A stretch of 64,000 nt of DNA from assembly GCA_049852185.1 (NCBI GenBank), contig CP187540.1. One strand, written 5' to 3'. The notes under the pieces are model-generated. The model saw only the letters and a list, made by a program, of their open reading frames with translations, made no database searches and was not told the origin of the DNA. The stretch comes from Methanocaldococcus sp. 28A (GTDB lineage Archaea; AGJL01; Methanococci; Methanococcales; Methanocaldococcaceae). A program made the translations under genes and the position numbers. Of the stretch, positions 40,749-53,834 are shown in pieces (the first letter of the stretch is position 1; each line of letters opens with the position of its first letter).

Positions 40749-41984
40749 ATGACTATACATAAAGATGTAATAAAAGTGGGAGTAGGACAATCTGAAAATC
40801 CTAAAGAGGCTGTAAAAGAGGCTATAAAAATGTCTGGAGAACCTAACTTAACAATAGTATTTTCTTCATCTAATTTAAATCCTGAAGAAATTTACAATGC
40901 TATAAAAGAAGAAGTTGGTAATTCTGCAATAATTGGAGGCACAACTGCTGGGGAATTTTCAAGTGCTATAGATAAACCAAAAACCAATACTGTTGCTGTT
41001 ATGACTATAAAAAGTCCATATTTAAAAGTTGGTATAGGTGTGGGAAAGAATATATCCGAAAAACCATTTGAAAGTGGAAAAGAGGCTATTAAAGAGGCAT
41101 TTTCTTCATTAAAAAGTAATCCTACGGCTTCGGCAATATTATCAATATCATTCATGAAAAAAGATAGTTTAGATATTTTAAGAATGAAACCGTTTGTAAA
41201 TATTGTAATACCTGATGGGTTATCAGGTCATGAAGAAGAGTTTTTAAGGGGAATAGTTTCAGAGATAGGTTGTAATGTGCCAATTATTGGAGGTTCTACA
41301 GGAGATGATTTAAAATTTGAAAGGACTTATCAATTTGCAAATGGAGTTTATACAAATGTAGGAGTTGTTACTACGTTAAGTAGTGCTTTAAAAATTGGAA
41401 CCGGTTATGGACATCCATACATTCCGACAAAAAAGGGAGCTGTTGTTACAAAGGCTAAGGGTAGAGTTGTTTATGAACTAAACCATAGACCAGCAGTAGA
41501 AGTTATGAAAGAATTACTAAATGTTGATGAATTAACTCCAGAAATTTTTGCTCAGAATCCTTTAGGTGTTAAATCTTCAGATGTTTTTGGAGAATATACA
41601 ATAAAAAGTGGAATGTGTGCTAATGATGATGGAAGTATAACCTTCTATGCTGAAGTTCAGGAAGGGGCTTATTTGACATTAATGGAAACTAATAGGGAAT
41701 ATGCAATACATTCTTTTAAAAATGCATTAAAAAATGCTATAATTAATGCAGGTAATCCTAAAAAAATAGGGGCAGTTATAATTTTCAATTGTATATTAAG
41801 GCATTTACTTAATGAACGATTAAATATTAACGATATGGAAATAATAAGGGAAATGCTTGGAGAAGTCCCAGTAATTGGATTTAATACTTATGGAGAGCAA
41901 GGAACTACTAAGGGTGGCTCTATAGGGCATTACAATCAAACAGCGACAATATTGGTAATAGGCAATGAAGCAATATCTGAATAA
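40749..41984 (+). CDS. Stand-alone FIST-domain (FIST_N + FIST_C) protein
   Basis: IIGGTTAGEF, PIIGGSTGD, VYELNHRPA, FNCILR, GFNTYGE and YNQT. Confidence 0.9.
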   Translation: MTIHKDVIKVGVGQSENPKEAVKEAIKMSGEPNLTIVFSSSNLNPEEIYNAIKEEVGNSAIIGGTTAGEFSSAIDKPKTNTVAVMTIKSPYLKVGIGVGKNISEKPFESGKEAIKEAFSSLKSNPTASAILSISFMKKDSLDILRMKPFVNIVIPDGLSGHEEEFLRGIVSEIGCNVPIIGGSTGDDLKFERTYQFANGVYTNVGVVTTLSSALKIGTGYGHPYIPTKKGAVVTKAKGRVVYELNHRPAVEVMKELLNVDELTPEIFAQNPLGVKSSDVFGEYTIKSGMCANDDGSITFYAEVQEGAYLTLMETNREYAIHSFKNALKNAIINAGNPKKIGAVIIFNCILRHLLNERLNINDMEIIREMLGEVPVIGFNTYGEQGTTKGGSIGHYNQTATILVIGNEAISE

Positions 41985-42023
41985 TAAAAATATTAATACT
42001 TTATCTTTACTTATTATTTTTAA

Positions 42024-42107
42024 TAGGTCTTTAAATATATTGTATTGAATATAGACACCTAAAGGTGTCAGAGTTCTAAATTTGATATATAAAGTGCGAA
42101 AGTCCTA
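42024..42107. mobile_element. MITE family B, degenerate left end
   Basis: TAGGTCTTT ... GACACCT-AA-AGGTGTC hairpin ... TATATAAAGTGCGAAAGTCCTA. Confidence 0.75.
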
Positions 42108-42312
42108 TACTCATTTTATAAGGTTTATTGAGTTATTAAAAAATTTTTGATATTTTTATATGTAAATTTATTGAAAGAAAAGGATGTTTCGAACATCGTT
42201 TTTTAGATTAAAATACTGTTAATAACAAAAGGTGATATTAATTATTAATTGCGAAATAATTTTAGGATAAAACACCAAACTTATATTTTAGTAAAAAATA
42301 AAAAGTAATATT

Positions 42313-43452
42313 TTAGTTGCTAATTATTTCTTTATATGTTTGTAAGTCAAATATTATGTTCTTAGCCTCTTCTGATGAAACATTTTTCAACTTACCATTT
42401 ATTAACCCTTGAAGTCTCATAGCATCAACGAATTTTATAACTTTTGGAATTACTGGTTCTAATCTATAATCATATTTTATATGTTTTACTGAAGCTTCTT
42501 CTATAGTTATATTAGTTCCAAGCCATTTAGCTGATGATTTAATAGCCAACTCTTTGTTTTTGTTAATTTCGTCAGTTGCGTCTTTTAAGAGTTTAGCAAA
42601 AGTAATTACAGCATCTCTTTTATTATTTAAAGCATTTTCAGAAGCTACTAAACAGCAACATGGATGGTTTGCCCATGTCCCCCCTGTAGAGCTTGGTAAT
42701 TCTTCACTGTAAGCAATAACTTTTCCGATTCCTCTACTTTTTATAATTTCAGGCATAGGCTCCCATGCTATAACTGCATCTAATTCCTTTTGAGCTAACA
42801 TTTGAGGCATTGTTTTTTGACCTTTACAGTTAATTAATAAAACCATTGCACTTTTGTTATTAGGGTTTTCAGTGTATGTAATTCCTTCAGCTTTTAAAGC
42901 ATCTTTAATCATGACATATTGGATTGATGTAGGAAGAGGATGCCCTATTTTTACTTGATATCCTTTTTTATGTTCCTCTTTTATCCAATTTATAAATTCT
43001 TCCCAATTATTTGCAGGAATATCATTTCTAACGACTACTGCTGAACCTTCTGTATGCAAATTCATTATAACCTTAGCTTTTGTACCCTTGTCAATGTAGA
43101 AGATTACAGGAGGATATCCTAATAAAGCAACATCAACCTGTCCCTGAGTCATTAAGTTCATGATACTTGCTCCACCCTCAGTAACTTCAACAAGTCTTAT
43201 ATTTGCAATCTTTTTATCTCCTTTGTATAATTCATACTCTTCTTTATCTTTAACTGCTTTTAAGTAAATTCCATATTTATTTTTAAACAAATCTGGGTAG
43301 TCACAGGCTACAAATAACGCTGCATGGTGGTCTGTTGGTAAATAAGCTACTGTTAATGTAGGAACTTCTGATGTTTGCTGGTTTTGGACACATCCCGCAA
43401 ATAGAACTATAGATGAAATTAATAAAGCCATCACTGCATATATCTTTTTCAT
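42313..43452 (-). CDS. ABC substrate-binding lipoprotein, NitT/TauT (SsuA-like) family
   Basis: Lipobox FAGC; [14 protein letters not shown] and HPCC. Confidence 0.85.
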   Translation of the reverse strand: MKKIYAVMALLISSIVLFAGCVQNQQTSEVPTLTVAYLPTDHHAALFVACDYPDLFKNKYGIYLKAVKDKEEYELYKGDKKIANIRLVEVTEGGASIMNLMTQGQVDVALLGYPPVIFYIDKGTKAKVIMNLHTEGSAVVVRNDIPANNWEEFINWIKEEHKKGYQVKIGHPLPTSIQYVMIKDALKAEGITYTENPNNKSAMVLLINCKGQKTMPQMLAQKELDAVIAWEPMPEIIKSRGIGKVIAYSEELPSSTGGTWANHPCCCLVASENALNNKRDAVITFAKLLKDATDEINKNKELAIKSSAKWLGTNITIEEASVKHIKYDYRLEPVIPKVIKFVDAMRLQGLINGKLKNVSSEEAKNIIFDLQTYKEIISN

Positions 43453-43622
43453 AATATCACCTTAAATTAATGTAGTAATTTTTATTTTTATGATTGATTA
43501 TATGAACATAAGAAAATTTTGAATGAGTAGTATATAAAATTTTTTATTTTTTTGTAGATAATTTATCCTATAAGAAAACAATGATAGGATTAGAAATTAA
43601 TTATAAAAGATTAAAAGAGGCA

Positions 43623-44078
43623 TTAGAGTTTAATCTCTTTATTGCAAAATCTCCTAATTATTTCCTTCACAATATCAAAAGAGCTGTGAAATGGACACTT
43701 TTTATATCCTTCAAATCTAACAATCTCTGGATATAAATTATATTTAGCAAGTTCTTTTTTTAGTGTTTCTTCATCAAAAGTTGTTTGGTCAGGGCCAAGA
43801 ACAATAACATCTGGTTTTAATTTCAATATTGGTTCTAATTTATTTTTTAAACTCCCCAATACTGCTTTATCAACAGGTTTTAATGCTTCAACCATTTCTC
43901 TTCTCTGTTCTTCTGGAATTATTGGTTTTCTACCTTTTATTTTTTTAACTGTTTCATCCCTTGCAACAATAACTATAAGTTCATCTCCTAAACTCTTAGC
44001 AAATTTTAAGGTCTCATAATGTCCGGGATGCAATATATCAAATGTTCCTGCAGTGACTACTCTTTTTTTCTTTTCCAT
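43623..44078 (-). CDS. ribL: Archaeal FAD synthase
   Basis: [23 protein letters not shown] and C-terminal CPFHSS. Confidence 0.9.
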   Translation of the reverse strand: MEKKKRVVTAGTFDILHPGHYETLKFAKSLGDELIVIVARDETVKKIKGRKPIIPEEQRREMVEALKPVDKAVLGSLKNKLEPILKLKPDVIVLGPDQTTFDEETLKKELAKYNLYPEIVRFEGYKKCPFHSSFDIVKEIIRRFCNKEIKL

Positions 44079-44089
44079 ACTCTACCTCT

Positions 44090-45091
44090 TTAAATCTTTC
44101 CATCTCTATATTTTGCCAAATAAAAAGCATTTAATGCTCCAACAACTAATGGACCTATAGCAAACCCACTAAATCCTAATGAGAGTGGAGCCATTAAGAA
44201 TGCAATAATTACAAAAACTGGATGAATATCCACATCTTTTTTAACTAAATAAGGTCTTATTACGAAATCTGGAGCTATGGATAAAAAAATTTCTCCATAA
44301 ATAAACATAAAAATTGCTTTTGTATAATCATGAGTTAAGAAATAATATATAGCTATTGAAATATATACCATCCATCCCCCTAATATAGGCAATAGGGCAA
44401 ATATTCCTGTTATGAGTGCAAATAACTCCGCATATGGTACTCCAACAATAAGATACCCAATATAAGATAAAATTGCTATAATTACAGAAAGTGAAACACA
44501 GCTGATAAATAAATTTTTATATGACTCGTGAAGATATTCTAAATAAATTCTCATCCTTTCTTTATCCTCATTAGAAGATAATGATATTATTAAATTTTTA
44601 ACTTTATCACCATCTTTTAAAAAGTAAAATGTTATGAATAATATCATAACAACTTTAATTATTAGATATCCCACATCAATAATCTTCCCAGAAAATTGAT
44701 TAATTAAATATTTTACGAATTCATCAATATATTTTGTAAGGATTTGCTCATTAATTATTCCCTCCAAGATAGAGGTTTTATATAGCGCAAAAATTACTTC
44801 TGTATATTGCTCTATGGATTTAGTATTAAATGAGAATATGATTTCCATAAGTGCGATTAAAGCATAAGTGGTTATTATTATAATTGGAATTAAATATATG
44901 CTAATTGCCAATCCAGCTGAAATGGTTTTATTAAATTTTTTTCTTAATAGGTTATATATTGGTAAAGCCATATATGCAAATGCTACAGAATATGCTAAAA
45001 CATCAATAAATGGCCAAATTATATATAACAACATTATCAACAATCCAATAATAATTCCTTTCCTAAATAATTTAAACTCATTAAATCTCAT
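44090..45091 (-). CDS. AI-2E family transporter
   Basis: FYFLKDG, LLPILGG, IRPYLV, IHPV and FAIGPLV. Confidence 0.88.
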   Translation of the reverse strand: MRFNEFKLFRKGIIIGLLIMLLYIIWPFIDVLAYSVAFAYMALPIYNLLRKKFNKTISAGLAISIYLIPIIIITTYALIALMEIIFSFNTKSIEQYTEVIFALYKTSILEGIINEQILTKYIDEFVKYLINQFSGKIIDVGYLIIKVVMILFITFYFLKDGDKVKNLIISLSSNEDKERMRIYLEYLHESYKNLFISCVSLSVIIAILSYIGYLIVGVPYAELFALITGIFALLPILGGWMVYISIAIYYFLTHDYTKAIFMFIYGEIFLSIAPDFVIRPYLVKKDVDIHPVFVIIAFLMAPLSLGFSGFAIGPLVVGALNAFYLAKYRDGKI

Positions 45092-45108
45092 ACTACCACG
45101 TGATAACA

Positions 45109-46164
45109 ATGAAAGTTTTAATGCCAACTATATACTATCCTCATGTTGGAGGAATTACAATACATGTAGAAAATTTAGTTAGACATTTAAAAGATATTGA
45201 GTTTCATATACTAACTTATGATAGTTATGAAGAAAACGGATATAAAAATGTAATTATTCATGATGTCCCCTATTTAAAAAAATTTAGAGGGATTAGTTAT
45301 CTAATAAATGCCTACAAAATAGGGAAAGATATTATTAAAAAAGAAGATATTGATTTAATCCATTCCCATTATGCCTTTCCACAAGGATGTGTTGGAGCTT
45401 TATTAAAAAATAAATTTCATATTTCACATATTCTAACTTTGCATGGTAGTGATGCTTTAATACTTAAAAATTCTTTAAAAGGAAAATATTTTTTCAAATA
45501 CGCAGTAAAAAACTCTGATAAATTAATTTGTGTAAGTAAATATATAAAGAATCAACTATATGAAAATTTGAAAAATAAAGCAGTTGTTATATACAATGGA
45601 ATAGATAGAGAGCTATTGTATGATGAAGGAGATTACAACTTTGGATTGTTTGTTGGAGCTTTTGTTCCACAAAAAGGAGTTGATATATTAATAGAAGCTA
45701 TAAAAGATATTGATTTTAATTTTAAGCTCATAGGGGATGGAATGCTATATAAAAAGATAGAAAACTTTGTTATAAAAAATAACCTAAATCATATTGAACT
45801 CTTAGGAAAAAAGAGCTTTAATGAAACAGCCTCATTTATGAGAAAATGTAGCTTTTTAGTAGTTCCTTCAAGAAGTGAGGGCTTTGGAATGGTAGCTGTT
45901 GAAGCTATGGCTTGCTCTAAACCTGTAATTGCTACAAAAGTTGGGGGATTAAAAGAAATTGTTATTAATGAATACAATGGATTATTAGTTGAAAAAAATA
46001 ATCCAAAATCATTAAAAGAAAAAATTTTAGAGCTAATAAATAATGAAGATTTAAGAAAAACCTTGGGAAAAAATGGGAAAGAATTTTCAAAAAAGTTTTC
46101 TTGGAAAAAATGTGCTGAGAATGTTAGAGAAATATATGAATACATAACCAAACATAAGATTTAA
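45109..46164 (+). CDS. Glycosyltransferase family 4
   Basis: PHVGG, IHSH, TLHGSD and PSRSEGFGMVAVEAMAC. Confidence 0.92.
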   Translation: MKVLMPTIYYPHVGGITIHVENLVRHLKDIEFHILTYDSYEENGYKNVIIHDVPYLKKFRGISYLINAYKIGKDIIKKEDIDLIHSHYAFPQGCVGALLKNKFHISHILTLHGSDALILKNSLKGKYFFKYAVKNSDKLICVSKYIKNQLYENLKNKAVVIYNGIDRELLYDEGDYNFGLFVGAFVPQKGVDILIEAIKDIDFNFKLIGDGMLYKKIENFVIKNNLNHIELLGKKSFNETASFMRKCSFLVVPSRSEGFGMVAVEAMACSKPVIATKVGGLKEIVINEYNGLLVEKNNPKSLKEKILELINNEDLRKTLGKNGKEFSKKFSWKKCAENVREIYEYITKHKI

Positions 46165-46278
46165 ATATAAGAATTTTTATTATAATTCCATATGGTATAT
46201 AAATGATAATTCATAATAAATAAAATGAAATGATTATAATAATTCATTCACTTAACTTAAATTTACTCGGTGATAATT

Positions 46279-47571
46279 ATGGTTTTTGAAGAATTTATTT
46301 CATCTGAATTAAAAAAAGAAAAGAAGTCATTTACTGAAGAATTTAAAGAAGAAAAAGTTACTAATAAAGATAATTTGAATAATAGTGATTTACTTAGAGA
46401 AGAACTTCAAGAAAAAGCAAGAATTGCGGAATTAGAGAGTAGAATTTTAAAATTAGAATTGGAGAAAAAAGAGCTTGAAAGAGAGAATTTACAGTTAATG
46501 AAAGAAAATGAAATTTTAAGAAGAGAATTAGATAGAATGAGAATTCCGCCATTAATAGTTGGAACTGTAGTTGATAAAGTAGGAGAGAGAAAAGTTGTCG
46601 TTAAAAGCTCAACAGGTCCAAGTTTCTTAGTTAATGTCTCTCACTTTGTAAATCCAGAAGATTTAGCTCCTGGAAAGAGAGTCTGTTTAAATCAGCAAAC
46701 ATTGACAGTAGTTGATGTATTGCCAGAAAATAAAGATTACAGAGCTAAGGCTATGGAAGTTGATGAGAGACCAAATGTTAGATATAGTGATATTGGTGGA
46801 TTAGATAAGCAGATACAAGAGATTAGAGAAGTCGTTGAGCTTCCATTGAAACATCCAGAATTATTTGAAAAAGTAGGAATTGAACCTCCAAAGGGAATAT
46901 TGCTTTATGGTCCTCCAGGAACTGGTAAAACTTTGTTAGCTAAAGCAGTTGCTACAGAAACTAATGCAACATTCATAAGAGTTGTTGGTTCTGAATTAGT
47001 TAAGAAGTTTATTGGGGAAGGAGCTTCATTAGTTAAAGATATATTCAAATTAGCTAAAGAAAAAGCACCATCAATTATATTTATAGATGAGATTGATGCA
47101 ATTGCAGCAAAGAGAACAGAGGCTTTAACTGGTGGAGATAGAGAAGTTCAGAGAACATTAATGCAATTATTAGCTGAAATGGATGGATTTGATGCAAGAG
47201 GTGATGTTAAAGTTATTGGAGCTACAAATAGGCCTGATATATTAGACCCTGCAATATTAAGACCTGGAAGATTTGACAGAATTATTGAAGTCCCAGCTCC
47301 AGATGAAAAAGGTAGATTGGAGATATTAAAGATTCATACAAGAAAGATGAACTTAGCAGAGGACGTTAATTTAGAGGAAATAGCTAAGATGACAGAAGGA
47401 TGTGTAGGGGCTGAATTAAAGGCAATCTGCACAGAGGCAGGGATGAATGCAATTAGAGAGCTTAGAGATTATGTAACAATGGAAGATTTCAAAAAAGCTG
47501 TTGAGAAGATTATGGAGAAAAAGAGAGTTAAAGTTGAAGAACCAGCTCATTTAGAAGTTCTTTATAGATAA
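46279..47571 (+). CDS. pan: Proteasome-activating nucleotidase
   Basis: Coiled coil, OB fold, [21 protein letters not shown] and C-terminal HbYX (LYR). Confidence 0.97.
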   Translation: MVFEEFISSELKKEKKSFTEEFKEEKVTNKDNLNNSDLLREELQEKARIAELESRILKLELEKKELERENLQLMKENEILRRELDRMRIPPLIVGTVVDKVGERKVVVKSSTGPSFLVNVSHFVNPEDLAPGKRVCLNQQTLTVVDVLPENKDYRAKAMEVDERPNVRYSDIGGLDKQIQEIREVVELPLKHPELFEKVGIEPPKGILLYGPPGTGKTLLAKAVATETNATFIRVVGSELVKKFIGEGASLVKDIFKLAKEKAPSIIFIDEIDAIAAKRTEALTGGDREVQRTLMQLLAEMDGFDARGDVKVIGATNRPDILDPAILRPGRFDRIIEVPAPDEKGRLEILKIHTRKMNLAEDVNLEEIAKMTEGCVGAELKAICTEAGMNAIRELRDYVTMEDFKKAVEKIMEKKRVKVEEPAHLEVLYR

Positions 47572-47637
47572 ACTTTTTTTATTTTATAGCTATTTTATTT
47601 TTATTTTTTAAATAATTAAAAATTTTTGGTGACATTA

Positions 47638-48762
47638 ATGAACACCTATGGGGATATGTTCAGAGTTACAGTTTTTGGAGAAAGTCATGGAAAAGCTGTT
47701 GGGGCAGTTATTGATGGTTGTCCAGCAAATCTACCTTTATCTGAAGAGGATATTCAAAAAGAGCTTGATAGAAGAAGACCCGGGCAGAGTATATTTTCAA
47801 CACCAAGAAAAGAAGAAGATAAAGTAGAAATCTTATCAGGAATTTTTGAAGGAAAAACTACTGGAGCTCCTATTTGCTCTATAGTGTATAACAAAAATAT
47901 GAGGTCTAAAGATTATTCAGCAATAAAAGATACCCCAAGACCAGGACATGCAGATTTAACCTATAGATTGAAATATAAAAATTATGATTATAGAGGAGGA
48001 GGAAGAGCAAGTGGAAGAGTAACTATAGGACATGTTATTGGAGGGGCTGTTGCTAAAAAACTTCTATCATACACTTACAACATAAAAATTGTTGGCTACA
48101 CTATAAAAATTGGAAAGATTGTAGGAGATTTTAACTATTACAAAAATCCAAACATTTTTGAGAATGGAATATCTTTAGAGAGATTAATGGAGCTTATTGA
48201 AAGTAATCCACTAAGATGCCCTTCTATGAATGAAAAAGATATGGAAGAGTATGTTTTAAAAGCTATGAATGAGAAAGATAGCGTTGGAGGAGTTGTTGAA
48301 ATAGTAGCTTTAAATGTTCCTGTTGGAGTTGGGAATCCAATATTTAATAAGTTAAATGGTGAATTGGCAAGAGCTTTGATGAGTATAAATGCTGTTAAAG
48401 GCGTTGAAATTGGTAGGGGTTTTGAATCTGCAGAGATGTATGGAAGTGAGATGAACGATGAGATATATTTTGACGATGAGAAAAATATAAGATTTAAGAC
48501 AAATAATTGTGGAGGTATATTAGGAGGAATTAGTTGTGGAACTCCAATAGTTTTAAGAATTGCTGTAAAACCAACTCCTTCAATTGGTAAAAAGCAAAAA
48601 ACTATAAATTTAAAAACATTAGAGAATACAGAAATTGAGATTTCTGGAAGGCATGACCCAATTATAGTTCCAAGAATTATTCCAGTAGCTGAGGCATTGG
48701 TTGCTATAACATTAGCTGATTTAATGATTAAAGGAGGGTTTATTCATCCATGTAGTTTATAA
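47638..48762 (+). CDS. aroC: Chorismate synthase
   Basis: GESHG, RRRPGQS, PRPGHAD, KPTPSI and GRHDP. Confidence 0.97.
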   Translation: MNTYGDMFRVTVFGESHGKAVGAVIDGCPANLPLSEEDIQKELDRRRPGQSIFSTPRKEEDKVEILSGIFEGKTTGAPICSIVYNKNMRSKDYSAIKDTPRPGHADLTYRLKYKNYDYRGGGRASGRVTIGHVIGGAVAKKLLSYTYNIKIVGYTIKIGKIVGDFNYYKNPNIFENGISLERLMELIESNPLRCPSMNEKDMEEYVLKAMNEKDSVGGVVEIVALNVPVGVGNPIFNKLNGELARALMSINAVKGVEIGRGFESAEMYGSEMNDEIYFDDEKNIRFKTNNCGGILGGISCGTPIVLRIAVKPTPSIGKKQKTINLKTLENTEIEISGRHDPIIVPRIIPVAEALVAITLADLMIKGGFIHPCSL

Positions 48763-48813
48763 AGCATTAAATAATGCATTAATGAATATCTTCCTTTTTA
48801 ATGTTATATTTTA

Positions 48814-48830
48814 TTTTGCACATAACTATA
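48814..48830. repeat. Isolated MITE family A terminal repeat
   Basis: TTTTGCACATAACTATA versus TTTTGCACACAACTATA in the full copies. Confidence 0.6.
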
Positions 48831-48831
48831 A

Positions 48832-50451
<1,620 letters not shown>

Positions 50452-50530
50452 TTATGAATAAAATTATAAATATTGAATATAAATTCTCTTTTTTAATTTA
50501 TTTTGATATAATAAGAGAAAAATTTTATAT

Positions 50531-51352
50531 TTAAATTAAATCTTGGTTGCTATCAACTGATATATATAATTGTCCTTTTGGTTTATTATAAACATAATCT
50601 CCTGAGAATTTATAGAATGTTCCTTCTATTGGAAATCCTTCATCTTTTTTACTTAATTTTATAACTGGATTTTCAACAATTCCTTCGAACTTAAATGATG
50701 GTAAAATTTCTTCAACCTTTCCATAAACTACTATAGCTCCTGCCTTCATTTCTCCTCCAACTCTTACATCAACATCTCCATCAATAATGATTATTCCTCC
50801 GTTTTGGTGAATTCCAGCCAACATTCCAACGTTTCCTTTTATATGTATGAGACCTTTACGCATAAACTCTCCAATCTCGTTTCCAGCGTTTCCTTCAACA
50901 ATGATTGTTCCTCCACTCATACCTCTCCAATCTCCTCTATAAGCAGAACCTACATAATCTCTTGCATCTCCTTTAATTAACAACTCTCCTCCTTTCATAT
51001 TCTGCCCAGCCCAGCTGTCAGCATTTCCATTAACAATTATCTTTCCTCCTTTCATTTCAGCTCCAACATACATTCCTATATCTCCTTCAACAATAATTTC
51101 TCCTTTTGTCATCTTTGAACCAACATATTTTAATTTTGGACATGAGTTTTTAATTACAATTCTTGGCTCTCCTTCGATATCGTTTAATTCAACATCAAAA
51201 ATGTCTCCAACTTTAATTCTCTTTCTTCCTTGAACCAACTCAATGTTTTTTATTTCCTCTAAGCTCATCTTCTCAATAACTTCTGGCAAAACTTTATCCA
51301 TCTCTACTGGAACTATTATCTCTTTTTGTAATGTTAATATCAACTCTTTCAT
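50531..51352 (-). CDS. fwdC: Tungsten formylmethanofuran dehydrogenase subunit C
   Basis: G..M.GG.I.V.G beta-helix repeats; GSAYRGDWRGM. Confidence 0.93.
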   Translation of the reverse strand: MKELILTLQKEIIVPVEMDKVLPEVIEKMSLEEIKNIELVQGRKRIKVGDIFDVELNDIEGEPRIVIKNSCPKLKYVGSKMTKGEIIVEGDIGMYVGAEMKGGKIIVNGNADSWAGQNMKGGELLIKGDARDYVGSAYRGDWRGMSGGTIIVEGNAGNEIGEFMRKGLIHIKGNVGMLAGIHQNGGIIIIDGDVDVRVGGEMKAGAIVVYGKVEEILPSFKFEGIVENPVIKLSKKDEGFPIEGTFYKFSGDYVYNKPKGQLYISVDSNQDLI

Positions 51353-51368
51353 ACCATCACCGGCTTTA

Positions 51369-51647
51369 TTATTTTTTATCATTAATTTTCTTAACTATAA
51401 CAGCTGTTCCATAAGCATAGTAAGTTAATTCTGGAACTACATAATTTTCATCAGATATAATTTCAGTAGTTAATTCATTAGAAATCCTTATACCAATAAC
51501 TGCATTAGCTCCCATATCTTCAGCTACATCTATTAAATCTTCTAAGGCATCGTCTGGGTCGTCTCCATAACCAATTACAACGCCTAAATACTTGATGATT
51601 TTAAAACCCTCTAAGTTGTCAGTTGTAGAAGTTATCATCAAAATCAC
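51369..51647 (-). CDS. YbjQ-like (heavy-metal-binding, UPF0145-related) protein
   Basis: TTDNLEGFKIIKYLG, GANAVIGIR and AYGTAV. Confidence 0.8.
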   Translation of the reverse strand: MILMITSTTDNLEGFKIIKYLGVVIGYGDDPDDALEDLIDVAEDMGANAVIGIRISNELTTEIISDENYVVPELTYYAYGTAVIVKKINDKK

Positions 51648-51690
51648 GTATAAAAAATTAAATTTAAAGTAAAAAACTTAACTAATATCA

Positions 51691-53394
51691 TTAACTAATA
51701 TCAGTTGCATCTATCTTTATAACTTTCCAACTGTTTGCATATTCCTCTGAAACTGGATAGTTTTCTAAGTTAATTGAGTAGTATCTTGTGAATTTCTCCC
51801 TCAAGTCTTTCATAATTTCTTGTTCTAATGACTCATCTACCTTAACATCAACATAGATTGTGTCTCCAAAGATTTCTTTGACAACATTTCCATCTTTAAC
51901 AACTAATTCTCCCTTCTTCAATACATACTTGGCATATCTAAATGCCTTCTCTATCTTCTTACCATCTTTTTCTTCTGGGTTTATTTCATAAATTGCTATA
52001 TCAGCATCAGCTCCAACTCCTAAATGACCTTTCTCTTTACTTAATCCTAAAACCTTAGCTTGGTTAGCTCTTGTTATTTTTGCTATCTCATAAAGGTCGT
52101 ATTCTTTATCGCTATCAGCTACCTGGCTTCTCTGCTGAGCCCACTTATGAACCTTGTTGTATAACCATTCATCTCTGTATTTTTTGCTCATTAACCATGC
52201 AATAACTCTTGGGTATCTTGTAAATGGTCCTGCGTTTGGATGGTCTGTTGTTAATAATACTTTATCTGTATTTGTGTATAGGAAGAGTTCTAAACCAATA
52301 GCCCATTGGACAGCATAAACAGGACCTTTTGGTGAGTAGATGAATGGAACTACTCCTGAACCTGTTTCAAGCTCAACATCACAGTTTGCCCATTTCAATC
52401 CATTTGTCATGTGTAAGTCATACTCCATTGGACCATCAGCAGTCATGGTTGTTGTTTCATCTAATGTAATTTGCCCAACATCAATCACTACATGGTCGTT
52501 TTTATTTACATATTCTGCAATTTCAACTCCTTTACTTTCAAAGTTTTTCCATGAGGTACCTCCATAAGAGTGGAATTGTACATGGGTGTTGTAATAGATA
52601 TGTTCTCTTTCTCCATATCTTGGTTTTGCTTTTATACCTTTAACACATTCCATTGTTGCAAGTGTAGTTTCCCAGTTTCCAGGGTGCCCTAAGTTGTTTG
52701 GGTGAACGTGGATTGAGTGGGGAAGTCCAAGCATTTCATTAACTTCACAAAGCCCTCTAACGATTTCTCTTGGAGTTATGTCAAAGTATGGAACAGGGTC
52801 ATCTATACTATGGACGTTTTTACCCCAACCCCAAGCTTCTGTTCCTCCTGGGTTAACTATCTTTATAGCAAAACCTTTCGTAGCTCTTAAAAGCCATGCT
52901 ACATAAGCAGCACATTTTTTAATATCTCCTTCTTTTAAATACTCAAGAACAAACCAGTTGTTACCCATTAAGGTTAAAACTGCTTTATCTAATTGAGGTG
53001 TAGTCATAAACTCTTCATGTGTGTGTCTTGCTAATAATGGGGGCATTGCCGCTTCAAAAACTGTTGTGTATCCCATCTCTGAGTATTGATAACCAGCTTT
53101 GTATGTTGATGGAACTGAGAAACCTGTACCACTTCTTAATCCTTTCTTAGCAAAGATTTCTTTTTTACTATCTTCTGGTCTAAATATTCTACCAAGGTTA
53201 ACTTTACCTCCAGCAACGTGGGTGTGGGAATCAATACCTCCAGGCATAACTACGCATCCAGAGGCATCAATAACTTTAGCATCATCAGAGACGCTTTCAA
53301 CTATCTTACCATCTTTAACACAAATATCCATTTTTTCTCCGTTAATCCCATTTAATGGGTCATAGACAATTCCATTTTTTATTATATATTCCAT
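51691..53394 (-). CDS. fwdA: Formylmethanofuran dehydrogenase subunit A
   Basis: PGGIDSHTH, KIVNPGG, HVHPNNLG and TTDHPN. Confidence 0.96.
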   Translation of the reverse strand: MEYIIKNGIVYDPLNGINGEKMDICVKDGKIVESVSDDAKVIDASGCVVMPGGIDSHTHVAGGKVNLGRIFRPEDSKKEIFAKKGLRSGTGFSVPSTYKAGYQYSEMGYTTVFEAAMPPLLARHTHEEFMTTPQLDKAVLTLMGNNWFVLEYLKEGDIKKCAAYVAWLLRATKGFAIKIVNPGGTEAWGWGKNVHSIDDPVPYFDITPREIVRGLCEVNEMLGLPHSIHVHPNNLGHPGNWETTLATMECVKGIKAKPRYGEREHIYYNTHVQFHSYGGTSWKNFESKGVEIAEYVNKNDHVVIDVGQITLDETTTMTADGPMEYDLHMTNGLKWANCDVELETGSGVVPFIYSPKGPVYAVQWAIGLELFLYTNTDKVLLTTDHPNAGPFTRYPRVIAWLMSKKYRDEWLYNKVHKWAQQRSQVADSDKEYDLYEIAKITRANQAKVLGLSKEKGHLGVGADADIAIYEINPEEKDGKKIEKAFRYAKYVLKKGELVVKDGNVVKEIFGDTIYVDVKVDESLEQEIMKDLREKFTRYYSINLENYPVSEEYANSWKVIKIDATDIS

Positions 53395-53420
53395 TTTATC
53401 ACCATTCATTTATATTTGAT

Positions 53421-53822
53421 TTATTCTACTGATTCTATGTATTTTTTCCTCATTAAAGTCCTCATGTCTAAGACATCTTCATCAGTTTTCTCAATTTCTA
53501 CATAAAATCCAGGATATCCTTTAAAACATGGCATTCCTGTGCTATGTGTATTTGGCTTAACTACACAGTTCGCCCATGGACCCATTGGTATGAAAACCAT
53601 ACCTTCTGGCATCCTTTGAGTAGCTTTTTTTACCTTAACTACAACTTCACCATACTCTGACTTAACTTTAACATTATCTCCTTCCTTAACTCCTAATTTT
53701 TCCATATCCTCCTCATTAATATATACAACTCCAGCAGCCTTAACATACAAATCAAGGTTTTTTCCTGCTTCTATAGCTTCCCCTTGCCAGATAGTTCTTC
53801 CAGTGTTTAACACAAATCTCAT
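53421..53822 (-). CDS. fwdD: Formylmethanofuran dehydrogenase subunit D
   Basis: LNTGRTIWQG, FIPMGPWAN and TGMP.FKG. Confidence 0.93.
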   Translation of the reverse strand: MRFVLNTGRTIWQGEAIEAGKNLDLYVKAAGVVYINEEDMEKLGVKEGDNVKVKSEYGEVVVKVKKATQRMPEGMVFIPMGPWANCVVKPNTHSTGMPCFKGYPGFYVEIEKTDEDVLDMRTLMRKKYIESVE

Positions 53823-53834
53823 TATCTCACCAAA

